Below are positions 1 through 9,390 of a stretch of 22,173 nt of DNA, in pieces; position 1 is the stretch's first letter, and every line of letters begins with the position of its first letter. The notes under the pieces are model-generated. The model did no database searches and was not told where the DNA came from. It saw only the letters and a program-made list of their open reading frames with translations. The DNA comes from Deltaproteobacteria bacterium (GTDB taxonomy: Bacteria; Myxococcota_A; UBA9160; SMWR01). The stretch covers positions 1 to 22,173 of the forward strand of contig JAQBGU010000144.1 in NCBI GenBank assembly GCA_032128375.1, read 5' to 3'. A program made the position numbers and the translations under genes.

Positions 1-1032
<1,032 letters not shown>

Positions 1033-1320
1033 CTACTCAACCACGCCGAGGACGTCGTCCTCGCGGATGATGAGGTGTTCTACACCCTCGATATTGATCT
1101 CAGTTCCGGCGTATTTGCTGAACAAAATCTTGTCGCCCTTTTTGACGTCGAGCGGCTGGACCTTGCCATCTTCGTTGAGCTTGCCCTTGCCCACAGCGAT
1201 GACTTTGCCCTCCTGGGGCTTTTCCTTTGCCGAATCGGGGATGATGATCCCACCGGATGTGGTCGTCTCCTCATCTTGCCGCTTGACAATGATCCGATCC
1301 TGAAGCGGACGAATCTTCAT
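1033..1320 (-). CDS. groS: Co-chaperonin GroES
   Basis: [14 protein letters not shown]...[27 protein letters not shown]...[14 protein letters not shown] lies about 10 nt upstream of ATG 1320, so the ORF-track start at 1416 is over-extended. Confidence 0.99.
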   Translation of the reverse strand: MKIRPLQDRIIVKRQDEETTTSGGIIIPDSAKEKPQEGKVIAVGKGKLNEDGKVQPLDVKKGDKILFSKYAGTEINIEGVEHLIIREDDVLGVVE

Positions 1321-1453
1321 GGACTTCATTCCTCCAGCGCCTGGGGGCGCTTGCTGTTGAGTTGCGATGGTTGGTGATTTTGAGCAGTCGCAGATTGCCG
1401 AGCACCCGGCCGCCACAGAGCCTCATTGGTCCGGTGGAGAGCGGCCGCTCGAA

Positions 1454-1480
1454 TTAGCAGTCGAGCATGTCGACTGCCAA
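1454..1480. promoter_or_regulatory. CIRCE element (HrcA operator)
   Basis: TTAGCAGTC-N9-GACTGCCAA compared with the consensus TTAGCACTC-N9-GAGTGCTAA. It sits immediately downstream of the predicted groESL promoter. Confidence 0.92.
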
Positions 1481-1489
1481 TGGCCGGGC

Positions 1490-1518
1490 AAGCTACGCAC
1501 CGCTTCACCACAGGTCAA
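1490..1518 (-). promoter_or_regulatory. Sigma70-type promoter for groESL
   Basis: Minus strand reads TTGACC-N17-TAGCTT, followed directly by the CIRCE. Confidence 0.75.
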
Positions 1519-1607
1519 GCCGCCCCTGCAGTTTTTCTGGAGTTTTCTCGACCTCAGTCCGCGTCCTCGGTTTGCCGATCAAGACCGGCAGGACGAAAGG
1601 GGGCCGG

Positions 1608-2225
1608 ATGGACGATTCCGGGACCGAAAAACCTGGACAGATCGAGCGAACCAACGCGAGGGCAGTCTTCGCCCAACTCGTCGCCTGCGCGCTCGGGAAG
1701 GCCAGTATCGAGCCCAGCCCGATGGCGACCGCCTACCTGATCGAGCTGCTCGACGAGCGGGTTCTAGAGCCTGAACCCGAGCCCGACTCGGCAACGACGC
1801 TCGCCGAGGCACTGCTGACCGCTCAGCAGGATTGCGGTGCTGTGAGGATCCGCCGAATGCGCAGCCTGGGCGATCGCGCGCTGTTCGTTTCGGGGTTCTT
1901 TGGCGACTCGCTGGCCCAAGAGATCGTCGATATCGACTATTACATGCAGATCGGCAGAAGGGCCTATAGCGACGTCGCCACCGGACTGTCGGGTCTGCGG
2001 GCTGCACCCAACTGGACGCGTCTCTACAGAGAGCTGTCTGGCCGGTTCGGCGACTTCGTCGACGTGCTCGCCGAAGTGGGAGACCGATCTCGGCCCCAGC
2101 ACTCCCAGAACCTGCTGCGCATATACGAGCGATATCGACTCACCGGCAGCGAGCGGGATCGGCTGCGGCTGATTCAGAGTGGAGCCCCGCCGCCAGACAG
2201 GCGGAATCTCAAGTGGTGGCAATAG
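1608..2225 (+). CDS. Uncharacterised conserved-looking helical protein
   Basis: ATG 1608 follows AAAGGGGG. It contains LGDRALFVSGFFGDSL...VDIDYY..IG..AY and LLRIYERY..TGS motifs, which I recall from hypothetical proteins of several bacterial phyla. No function assigned. Confidence 0.85.
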   Translation: MDDSGTEKPGQIERTNARAVFAQLVACALGKASIEPSPMATAYLIELLDERVLEPEPEPDSATTLAEALLTAQQDCGAVRIRRMRSLGDRALFVSGFFGDSLAQEIVDIDYYMQIGRRAYSDVATGLSGLRAAPNWTRLYRELSGRFGDFVDVLAEVGDRSRPQHSQNLLRIYERYRLTGSERDRLRLIQSGAPPPDRRNLKWWQ

Positions 2226-2839
2226 CGCCCGGCGAAGACGCGTCGGCATCGGCGGCGCAGGACAGCCGTTCTCCGCTGCAGCGCGCCGTGGCGATCGCGC
2301 AGGACTCGATCACCCGCATCTATCGGCTGGATCTTCCCTTCCGGGCGGAAAATTTCGTTGTCACCGCGGAGATCGCCCGTGCGATGCTGCCGCCGGATAG
2401 CCCCAGGTCGGGGGTCGTGATCGTGGAAGGATTCGATACTGATCACGTGGAAGTCGGACTATACGTGGACGCCCTCGATGCGGACGATCCCAACACTGTG
2501 ATCGAGGAGACCAGCCACCTGGTCTATCTCGGTTGGCTGGCACTCCGAGAGTTGTCGGTGTCTCGGTTGGTTCTGGAACTTCAGGGTGAAGTCGACCGCT
2601 ATGCAGTGGCCAAGCTCACCGGCCGAGATGGGATGGAACACTTCGAGAAGTTCGCATGGTGTGACTGGATGGATGCCGGCACCAAGCGTCTCTATCGGGA
2701 AGCGCATCGCCGCGCACGGGGCTACTGCCACGCGCTGGAGCGTCGGTTTCCCGATCGGTCCGACACGCCTGGCCTGCTCTGTGAGTTGAGGCGCTACTAC
2801 CGGGCAACTCCCGAACAAAAACTCCACGCGCCCGGCTAG
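2213..2839 (+). CDS. Uncharacterised protein with a possible metal-binding, zincin-like EETSH...ELQGEVD motif
   Basis: The GTG start overlaps the end of the upstream gene. Core sequence is VIEETSHLVYL...VSRLVLELQGEVDRY. The exact start is uncertain. Confidence 0.8.
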   Translation: MVAIAPGEDASASAAQDSRSPLQRAVAIAQDSITRIYRLDLPFRAENFVVTAEIARAMLPPDSPRSGVVIVEGFDTDHVEVGLYVDALDADDPNTVIEETSHLVYLGWLALRELSVSRLVLELQGEVDRYAVAKLTGRDGMEHFEKFAWCDWMDAGTKRLYREAHRRARGYCHALERRFPDRSDTPGLLCELRRYYRATPEQKLHAPG

Positions 2840-2968
2840 GAGCCTGCGCGGTAGAGCGCCAGCGCCAGCGTGCAGGCGATGCCGATCAAAAATTCGCCCA
2901 GCACCGCCCGCAGGCTGGATGGTTCTCACGAATCCCGAATGGAAGTAATCGTTTCTTGGCCCGACGTG

Positions 2969-3023
2969 TTGACTTTCGTCTCTTGTTCGTCAACTTTCCG
3001 AGGCGAACAAAAACCGAAGTCAA
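2969..3023. promoter_or_regulatory. Putative lexA operator: two inverted SOS-like boxes (TTCG-N7-TTCG and CGAA-N7-CGAA) overlapping a TTGACT -35
   Basis: TTCGtctcttgTTCG at 2975-2989 and CGAAcaaaaacCGAA at 3004-3018 lie inside an imperfect inverted repeat TTGACTTTCG..TTGTTCG / CGAACAA..CGAAGTCAA, about 110-160 bp upstream of lexA. Confidence 0.6.
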
Positions 3024-3127
3024 GTGCCGCCCGCTGCCATCGAACCGGCGCCGCAGGACGAGCGGACGCGACAGACGCGGCAGACGAACAAACAACCTGA
3101 TCCATATCCATCTAGGGGGGAAATCGA

Positions 3128-3730
3128 ATGGCGCTCACGCGGCGGCAACGCGAGGTATACGACTTCATCCGATCATTCGTCGCCGACAGAGGCTACTCCC
3201 CGAGCCTCGAAGAAATTGGTGCACACTTCAATTTGTCGTCGGTGGCCACCGTGCACAAACATGTCCAGCACCTCGTCGACAAGCGCTACCTGCGCAAAGC
3301 CTGGAACCGTTCGCGCTCGGTCGAGCCGATGGAAGAGCCGACCCGTGGCACCGTCACGTTACCGCTGCTCGGCATCGTCGCTGCCGGCGCGCCGATCGAA
3401 GCCATCGAGGTTGACGAGACCTTCGATGTTCCGCAGGACCTCGTTACCAACCGCGGCGAAAGCTATGTGCTGCGGGTGCGCGGCGAATCGATGATCGATG
3501 AGCAGATTCGCGATGGCGACTACGTAGTCGTCGAAAGCCGGTCCCAAGCACGAGATGGCGAGACGGTTGTCGCGCTGATTCGCGGAACGGAAGCGACACT
3601 GAAGAAGTTCTATCTGCGCGGCGATAGGGTGTGCCTGAAGCCGGCGAACTCCACGATGGAACCGATCGATCTCCCGACGCAAGACGTCGAGATCCAGGGC
3701 GTTGTGAAGGGATTGGTTCGCCGCTACTGA
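3128..3730 (+). CDS. lexA: SOS repressor LexA
   Basis: N-terminal winged HTH (LTRRQREVYDFI...GYSPSLEEIG...SSVATVHKH), Ala-Gly cleavage site VAAGAPI, catalytic Ser (GESM) and Lys (ATLKK). Confidence 0.98.
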   Translation: MALTRRQREVYDFIRSFVADRGYSPSLEEIGAHFNLSSVATVHKHVQHLVDKRYLRKAWNRSRSVEPMEEPTRGTVTLPLLGIVAAGAPIEAIEVDETFDVPQDLVTNRGESYVLRVRGESMIDEQIRDGDYVVVESRSQARDGETVVALIRGTEATLKKFYLRGDRVCLKPANSTMEPIDLPTQDVEIQGVVKGLVRRY

Positions 3731-3780
3731 GGACAGCCACCAGCAGTTCGGGTGAAGTCCTCTACGGGCTCGAACGCGGG

Positions 3781-3852
3781 CTCCGTTTCAACCCTCTCCG
3801 TTTCAACCCTCTCCGTTCAACCCCCTCCGTTCAACCCCCTCCGTTCAACCCC
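3781..3852. repeat. Tandem repeat, 5 units of 14-15 bp: CTCCGTTTCAACCCT x2 then CTCCGTTCAACCCC x3
   Basis: Read directly from the sequence. Units abut with no spacers. Confidence 0.95.
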
Positions 3853-3914
3853 ATAGAGTGTAGAAAGTACGAATGAAACCGGGCCGATCTCACTCTTGTC
3901 ACGCGGAGATTGAT

Positions 3915-3942
3915 TTGACTACCCGATTCGTGGAGTTACCAT
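3915..3942 (+). promoter_or_regulatory. Putative sigma70 promoter of the PTPS-PTPS-folE operon
   Basis: TTGACT-N16-TACCAT, ending about 35 nt before TTG 3978. Confidence 0.55.
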
Positions 3943-3977
3943 CGCGGATACTTATTTATTTTCAATGGGTTGCGGAA

Positions 3978-4421
3978 TTGCTTCGAATCACTCGCGCGAT
4001 CGATTTCTCGACGTCGCTGCGCTATTGCCGAGGGGACCTCTCGGACGCCGAGAACGCGGAACTGTTCGGTCCACTGTCTCGGCAGCATGGCCACAATTAC
4101 CGACTCGAGGTCACGTTGCTGGGCGAGCCAGATCCGCTGACGGGAATGGTGCTCGACCTGAAAGATCTCCAGCAGATCCTCGATGACGAAATCATGCATC
4201 GCTTCGATCACCGCGACTTGAACAACGACACGCCGTATTTTGAGAAGGACCCGCCGACACCCGAGAATTTCGCGCAAGTGATCTACGGGATCTTGCGATC
4301 TGCGGTTCCGGGTGGTCTGCTCGACCGGGTGCGGTTGCGGCAGGATTCCGACGTCTGGGTCGACGTATTCGAGGCTCCTTCCGCGAGTCCATCGCAAACA
4401 GGTCCTTCGCAAACTTGGTGA
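3978..4421 (+). CDS. PTPS/QueD (COG0720, T-fold) family protein, degenerate active site
   Basis: HGHNY, GMVLDL, FDHRDLN and PTPENF motifs are present. It lacks the first Zn-His (STSLRY), the Cys before HGH and the C-terminal Glu (RLRQD). Family similarity begins at TTG 3978, not 3873. Confidence 0.9.
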   Translation: MLRITRAIDFSTSLRYCRGDLSDAENAELFGPLSRQHGHNYRLEVTLLGEPDPLTGMVLDLKDLQQILDDEIMHRFDHRDLNNDTPYFEKDPPTPENFAQVIYGILRSAVPGGLLDRVRLRQDSDVWVDVFEAPSASPSQTGPSQTW

Positions 4422-4428
4422 TCGAAGA

Positions 4429-4845
4429 GTGATCGAGCGCACTCAACGCTACGAAATTTCGGCGGCTCATGTGCTGAGCCACCCATCGCTATCCGACGCC
4501 GACAATTTGGCAGTGTACGGAAAATGCGCGAACCCGGGGGGGCACGGCCACAACTACGGCATCGAGATCACGGTGGGGGGGCGCATCGACGATCGCACCG
4601 GGGAACTGATGGCCGCAGGGTTGCTCGATCAGATCTTCGATGAACGCATCCGCCAGCGCTTCGCAAGCCGGCTACTGAACGATGACCAAGCCTTCGGCGA
4701 GCTCGTCCCGACCGCTGAGAACATCGCGATCGTCTTTCACGCAGATCTCGCTTCCGAGATCGCGAAGCGCACAACCGCACATCTCGTCCGCGTGCGCGTC
4801 GTCGAGACACGAAGAAATTCATCGAGTATTGGAGCCCCCGAATGA
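4429..4845 (+). CDS. 6-pyruvoyl-tetrahydropterin synthase family protein, PTPS-II-like (C-x5-HGH)
   Basis: SAAH...[14 protein letters not shown]...PTAENIA...VRVVET. GTG start at 4429, and its stop overlaps the folE start (ATGA). Confidence 0.92.
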   Translation: MIERTQRYEISAAHVLSHPSLSDADNLAVYGKCANPGGHGHNYGIEITVGGRIDDRTGELMAAGLLDQIFDERIRQRFASRLLNDDQAFGELVPTAENIAIVFHADLASEIAKRTTAHLVRVRVVETRRNSSSIGAPE

Positions 4846-5423
4846 CGGATGTTGACGATCCGATCGAACCGTTGATTACGACATTGCTCAAAGAACTCGG
4901 TGAAGATCCAGGCCGCAACGGTCTCGAACGCACACCACTGCGTGTCGCACAGTCGATGCGGTTCTTTACTTCAGGGTATGCGCAAGACCCGGCGCGGGTC
5001 CTCAATGGTGCCCTGTTCGAGGTGAGTTACGACGAGATGGTTCTCGTCAAAGACGTCGAGTTCTACAGCCTCTGTGAACATCACATGCTTCCGTTTTTTG
5101 GTCGTGTGCATGTGGCGTACATCCCAAACGGCAAGGTGCTGGGGCTATCGAAGATTCCTCGACTGGTAGAGATGTTCGCCCGCCGGCTGCAGGTTCAGGA
5201 ACGCCTCACGACCGACATCGCGGGGACGCTCGAAGAATTGTTGGAGCCCAAAGGCGTGGCGGTCGTGATCGAAGCGATCCACTTGTGCATGATGATGCGC
5301 GGCGTCCAACAGCAAAACGCATCCGCTACGACGAGTTCGATCCGGGGCGAGTTCGAGCGCGACCCGAAGACCCGGGCCGAGTTCATGGATCTGCTCAGGC
5401 GCCGCCGCGAGTCTTTCGCCTAG
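4842..5423 (+). CDS. folE: GTP cyclohydrolase I
   Basis: [41 protein letters not shown] and HLCMMMRGV are FolE signatures. Confidence 0.98.
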   Translation: MTDVDDPIEPLITTLLKELGEDPGRNGLERTPLRVAQSMRFFTSGYAQDPARVLNGALFEVSYDEMVLVKDVEFYSLCEHHMLPFFGRVHVAYIPNGKVLGLSKIPRLVEMFARRLQVQERLTTDIAGTLEELLEPKGVAVVIEAIHLCMMMRGVQQQNASATTSSIRGEFERDPKTRAEFMDLLRRRRESFA

Positions 5424-5538
5424 AGGGCGAATTTCTCGGATTCTTCAGCGTCGTCGCCTGCTCGATAGCGCTGGTGCTCTATCGCACAGACTCCTGGAGC
5501 CTGGCCATGGCTTGTCTCCCGGCTCAGCCAGATCGGGT

Positions 5539-7050
5539 TCAGGTTCCGCTGATCAGTTCCAGGTTGACGATCAGCTCGCCGTTTTCGGCCAACTCGTTGC
5601 GGCGCTGGCTGATCCAGGTCGAGAGGTAGGCCTGGCGCTTGCCGTTGACCAGTCGCTGGCGTTCCTGTTCGACTGCGGCGTCGACGACATCTTCTGTGGG
5701 CTCGAATCGTTCTACCAGCTGAACCAGCGCCAGTTTGTCCTCGACTTCGAACACGCGAGGGCTGCTCTGTCCCGGCTCCAGCGAGAACGCCACGGCCATC
5801 AGGTCTTGCGCAGCACCGAGTTCGGGTACGTAGCCATCCGGACGTCGTCGCAGGCGACCAGAGCGCTCCAAGCTCAAATTTGCAGCGCGTGCAGCCTCCT
5901 CCAGCGACTGACCGCCGCGGATGGCTTCCGATATGTCCTCAGCTGCCGCGACGGCGGATGCCTGTGACGCTTCGATCGCGAGCAGCTCGGTTGCCAGCTC
6001 AGCCTGAACTTGCTCGAAGCTGCGTACCTCGGCGTCGCGCCGATCTTCGACGCGAATGGCGTGAAATCCGTAGCCGGTCTTGGTCAGGCCGAGCTTTCCG
6101 ATTTCCTGGCTGAATGCCGCCTCCTCGAACTCTGCAACCATCTGTCCGCGGCCCACGAATCCGAGGTCGCCGCCTTGAGATTTCGAGCCCGGGTCGTCAC
6201 TGAGCTCTCTCGCTAATTTCGCCATGTCTTCGCCTGCTTCGATCCGGTCGACGGCTGCCTGTGCGGCCAACCGGACCTCTTCGGTCTTGGCGTCGTCCGC
6301 ATCGGCAGGCAGCTGAAACAAGATGTGCCTTGCCTGCACCTGCTCGGGCACGTCGTAGGTGCTCGATCTGGAATCGTACAGGCTGCGGAGCTCCTCACCC
6401 CTTGTCGTCAGAAATGCTTGCAATTCCGCGGGATCAGGCACGAACCCTGCAAGCGGGGTGGGTGAGCCGAACACGAGATAGGCGACCGTGATTTCCTCGC
6501 GGGCCGCGATCACGGCCTGTCGCGCCTCACCTTCCGATACCCGTGCGAGCCCGTTCAGCATCTGGACGAGCTTGCGCGAGAGCATGTATGCGCGTTGCTG
6601 TTTGACGAAGCTGCTCTGGTTGCCAAATTCGAATTCCGCCCAATCGTCGAACTGTTTGGGGTCGAATTTGCCGTCCTGGTTTTGAAAAAAGTTGGCCGAA
6701 AGTATGAATCGCTCGATTTCGGCCTTGGCCACGGTCAATCCCAGCTCGCTGGCCACCTGTGCCATAATCGCCTGATCGACCAACGAGTTGATCGCGACCT
6801 GGTCGAGTGTGTCTTTCATCTTGCGTGCGTCGAAATCACCACCGAGCTGCTGCCGATAGTCACTCTCGCGATCTGCGCGGACGCGAGAGAACTCCCGATA
6901 GCCGAATTCATCTGCGCCGACCTGGACGACCGCTGTTGCCGAGCGCTGCAGTGGCGCACCGAGACCGATGAAGAACACGAACACGCCGCCAATGGCGGCT
7001 ATGAACAGGCCGGTGACCCACCGCTGTCCCTTTCTGAGCATTTTGAGCAT
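5539..7050 (-). CDS. ppiD: PpiD-like membrane-anchored chaperone (SurA-N plus parvulin PPIase domain)
   Basis: N-terminal MLKMLRK plus a TM helix, a SurA-like N domain, and parvulin motifs VQARHIL, LARELSDDPGSKSQGGDLG and TGYGFHAIRV. It is divergent from mreB. Confidence 0.9.
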   Translation of the reverse strand: MLKMLRKGQRWVTGLFIAAIGGVFVFFIGLGAPLQRSATAVVQVGADEFGYREFSRVRADRESDYRQQLGGDFDARKMKDTLDQVAINSLVDQAIMAQVASELGLTVAKAEIERFILSANFFQNQDGKFDPKQFDDWAEFEFGNQSSFVKQQRAYMLSRKLVQMLNGLARVSEGEARQAVIAAREEITVAYLVFGSPTPLAGFVPDPAELQAFLTTRGEELRSLYDSRSSTYDVPEQVQARHILFQLPADADDAKTEEVRLAAQAAVDRIEAGEDMAKLARELSDDPGSKSQGGDLGFVGRGQMVAEFEEAAFSQEIGKLGLTKTGYGFHAIRVEDRRDAEVRSFEQVQAELATELLAIEASQASAVAAAEDISEAIRGGQSLEEAARAANLSLERSGRLRRRPDGYVPELGAAQDLMAVAFSLEPGQSSPRVFEVEDKLALVQLVERFEPTEDVVDAAVEQERQRLVNGKRQAYLSTWISQRRNELAENGELIVNLELISGT

Positions 7051-7160
7051 CGGCTCTCCATCGAGTGGTCGCGGTTCGGTTTCCAGCGGTTGAACGGGTC
7101 GGCGAAATTAACGCGCGTGCTACCGCCAGCAAGTCCCATCGACGAAACACAGTCTGACTC

Positions 7161-7189
7161 TTGAACCCCGTGTGCGCCGCTGGTACTCT
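7161..7189 (+). promoter_or_regulatory. Putative sigma70 promoter for the mre operon
   Basis: TTGAAC-N17-TACTCT with an extended TG motif (TGGTACTCT). Confidence 0.55.
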
Positions 7190-7371
7190 GAAGGGACTTT
7201 GGTAAACCTGAAACATCTAGTTAATCCGAATACTTACATGACGGGCTGCAGCCTGTCTCTGACGTCAGCAGAATCGCCATGAACATCCCGTGCAGACACA
7301 AGGCAACGGCTTTCCGGATTCGTCGTTCGGAATGCTCTTCGGTAGTTTTCACGGTCCCTTTATTGGTTCCT

Positions 7372-7407
7372 CTCACGGTACAACTCACGATACAACTCAC
7401 GGTAGAA
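7372..7407. repeat. Three 12-bp tandem units (CTCACGGTACAA, CTCACGATACAA, CTCACGGTAGAA) just upstream of the mreB RBS
   Basis: Read directly from the sequence. The array ends just before AGGAG. Confidence 0.9.
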
Positions 7408-7419
7408 CAGGAGCGCTGA

Positions 7420-8457
<1,038 letters not shown>

Positions 8458-8484
8458 GCCTGATCGCTCCCTGAGCGGGGGGCC

Positions 8485-9390
8485 ATGGCCGAATTTCGAA
8501 ATCGAACGCCCCTATCCGCACTCTTGGCGGGGCTGGTGGCGCTTGCCGTGGTCGCGATGGTCGTCGACCGCCGTGCCGTGTTGCGCCCCCGAAGCGAGCA
8601 GTCCGGTTGGATCGGCTCGGTGCTCGATGTGGCGGTGCCGGTCCAGCAGATGATCGCACTTCCCTTCGAGCTGACCCGAGGCGCCTGGCGAAGCTACGTC
8701 GCCGTCGTGGGCGTCGGCGAGGAAAACGAGGTACTTCGCTCGAAGCTCGCGCTGTTGGAAGACGAAAATCTGCAATTGCGCGAAGCGTTGGTGGCGAGTG
8801 GTCGACTCGAGCGGATTGCAGCGATCCGCGAGGAGTTCGAAGTGCCGATGCTGGCATCAGAGCTGGTTGGTGTCGACGCGTCTGTGTGGTTTCGCTCCGT
8901 GCTGGTCAACCGCGGAAGGGCCCACGGCGTGCAGTCTGGCATGCCCGTTATTTCTGAACAAGGGTTGGTGGGGTTGGTGACATCGACGTCGAATACGGCA
9001 TCCAAGGCGATGCTGGTGCTGGACCGACTGAGCGCGGTCGATGGCATCGTGCAGCGCAGTCGCTCGCGGGGGATCGTTCGCGGTAGCGGAACGGACCAGC
9101 TCAATTTTGAGTTCGTCGTTCGAGAAAGCGACGTTCGGATCGGCGATGTGGTCATCACATCCGGACTCGGTGGGATCCACCCCAAGGGCATCCGCATCGG
9201 CACGGTGACGTCTGTGTCGGACCCGGGTTCCGACTTGCTACAGACCGCCACGCTGACGCCGGCGGTGGATTTCGGTCGACTCGAACTCGTGTTCATCATG
9301 TTGCGGCGCGGGTCGACGATGGAATTATTGTACCAGGCCGAAGACGCCGCCGTTGCTGGCGTGCCAGCTTTGAATCGCTCGCAGCAGTGA
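8485..9390 (+). CDS. mreC: Rod shape-determining protein MreC
   Basis: N-terminal TM helix, coiled coil (ENEVLR...ENLQLREAL), GMPVISEQGLVG, VITSGLGGIHPKG and PAVDF. Follows mreB. Confidence 0.97.
   Translation: MAEFRNRTPLSALLAGLVALAVVAMVVDRRAVLRPRSEQSGWIGSVLDVAVPVQQMIALPFELTRGAWRSYVAVVGVGEENEVLRSKLALLEDENLQLREALVASGRLERIAAIREEFEVPMLASELVGVDASVWFRSVLVNRGRAHGVQSGMPVISEQGLVGLVTSTSNTASKAMLVLDRLSAVDGIVQRSRSRGIVRGSGTDQLNFEFVVRESDVRIGDVVITSGLGGIHPKGIRIGTVTSVSDPGSDLLQTATLTPAVDFGRLELVFIMLRRGSTMELLYQAEDAAVAGVPALNRSQQ

Noticed and set aside
2870..3111. Small ORFs between the gene pair and lexA
   Set aside because: No RBS or motif support. The region is better explained as the lexA promoter/operator.
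3781..3852. CRISPR array (units contain GTTTCAACCC, similar to some CRISPR repeat ends)
   Set aside because: Units are only 14-15 bp and abut with no unique spacers. No cas genes are in the window.
3128..5423. SOS-controlled lexA-PTPS-folE operon
   Set aside because: There is a gap of about 250 bp containing a repeat and a separate candidate promoter (3915-3942), and no TTCG-N7-TTCG box was seen there. Read-through is not excluded but is unsupported.
3978..5423. Queuosine or 7-deazaguanine DNA-modification (dpd) cluster
   Set aside because: No queC, queE, tgt or dpdA is nearby, and neither PTPS has the QueD C-x3-HGH motif.
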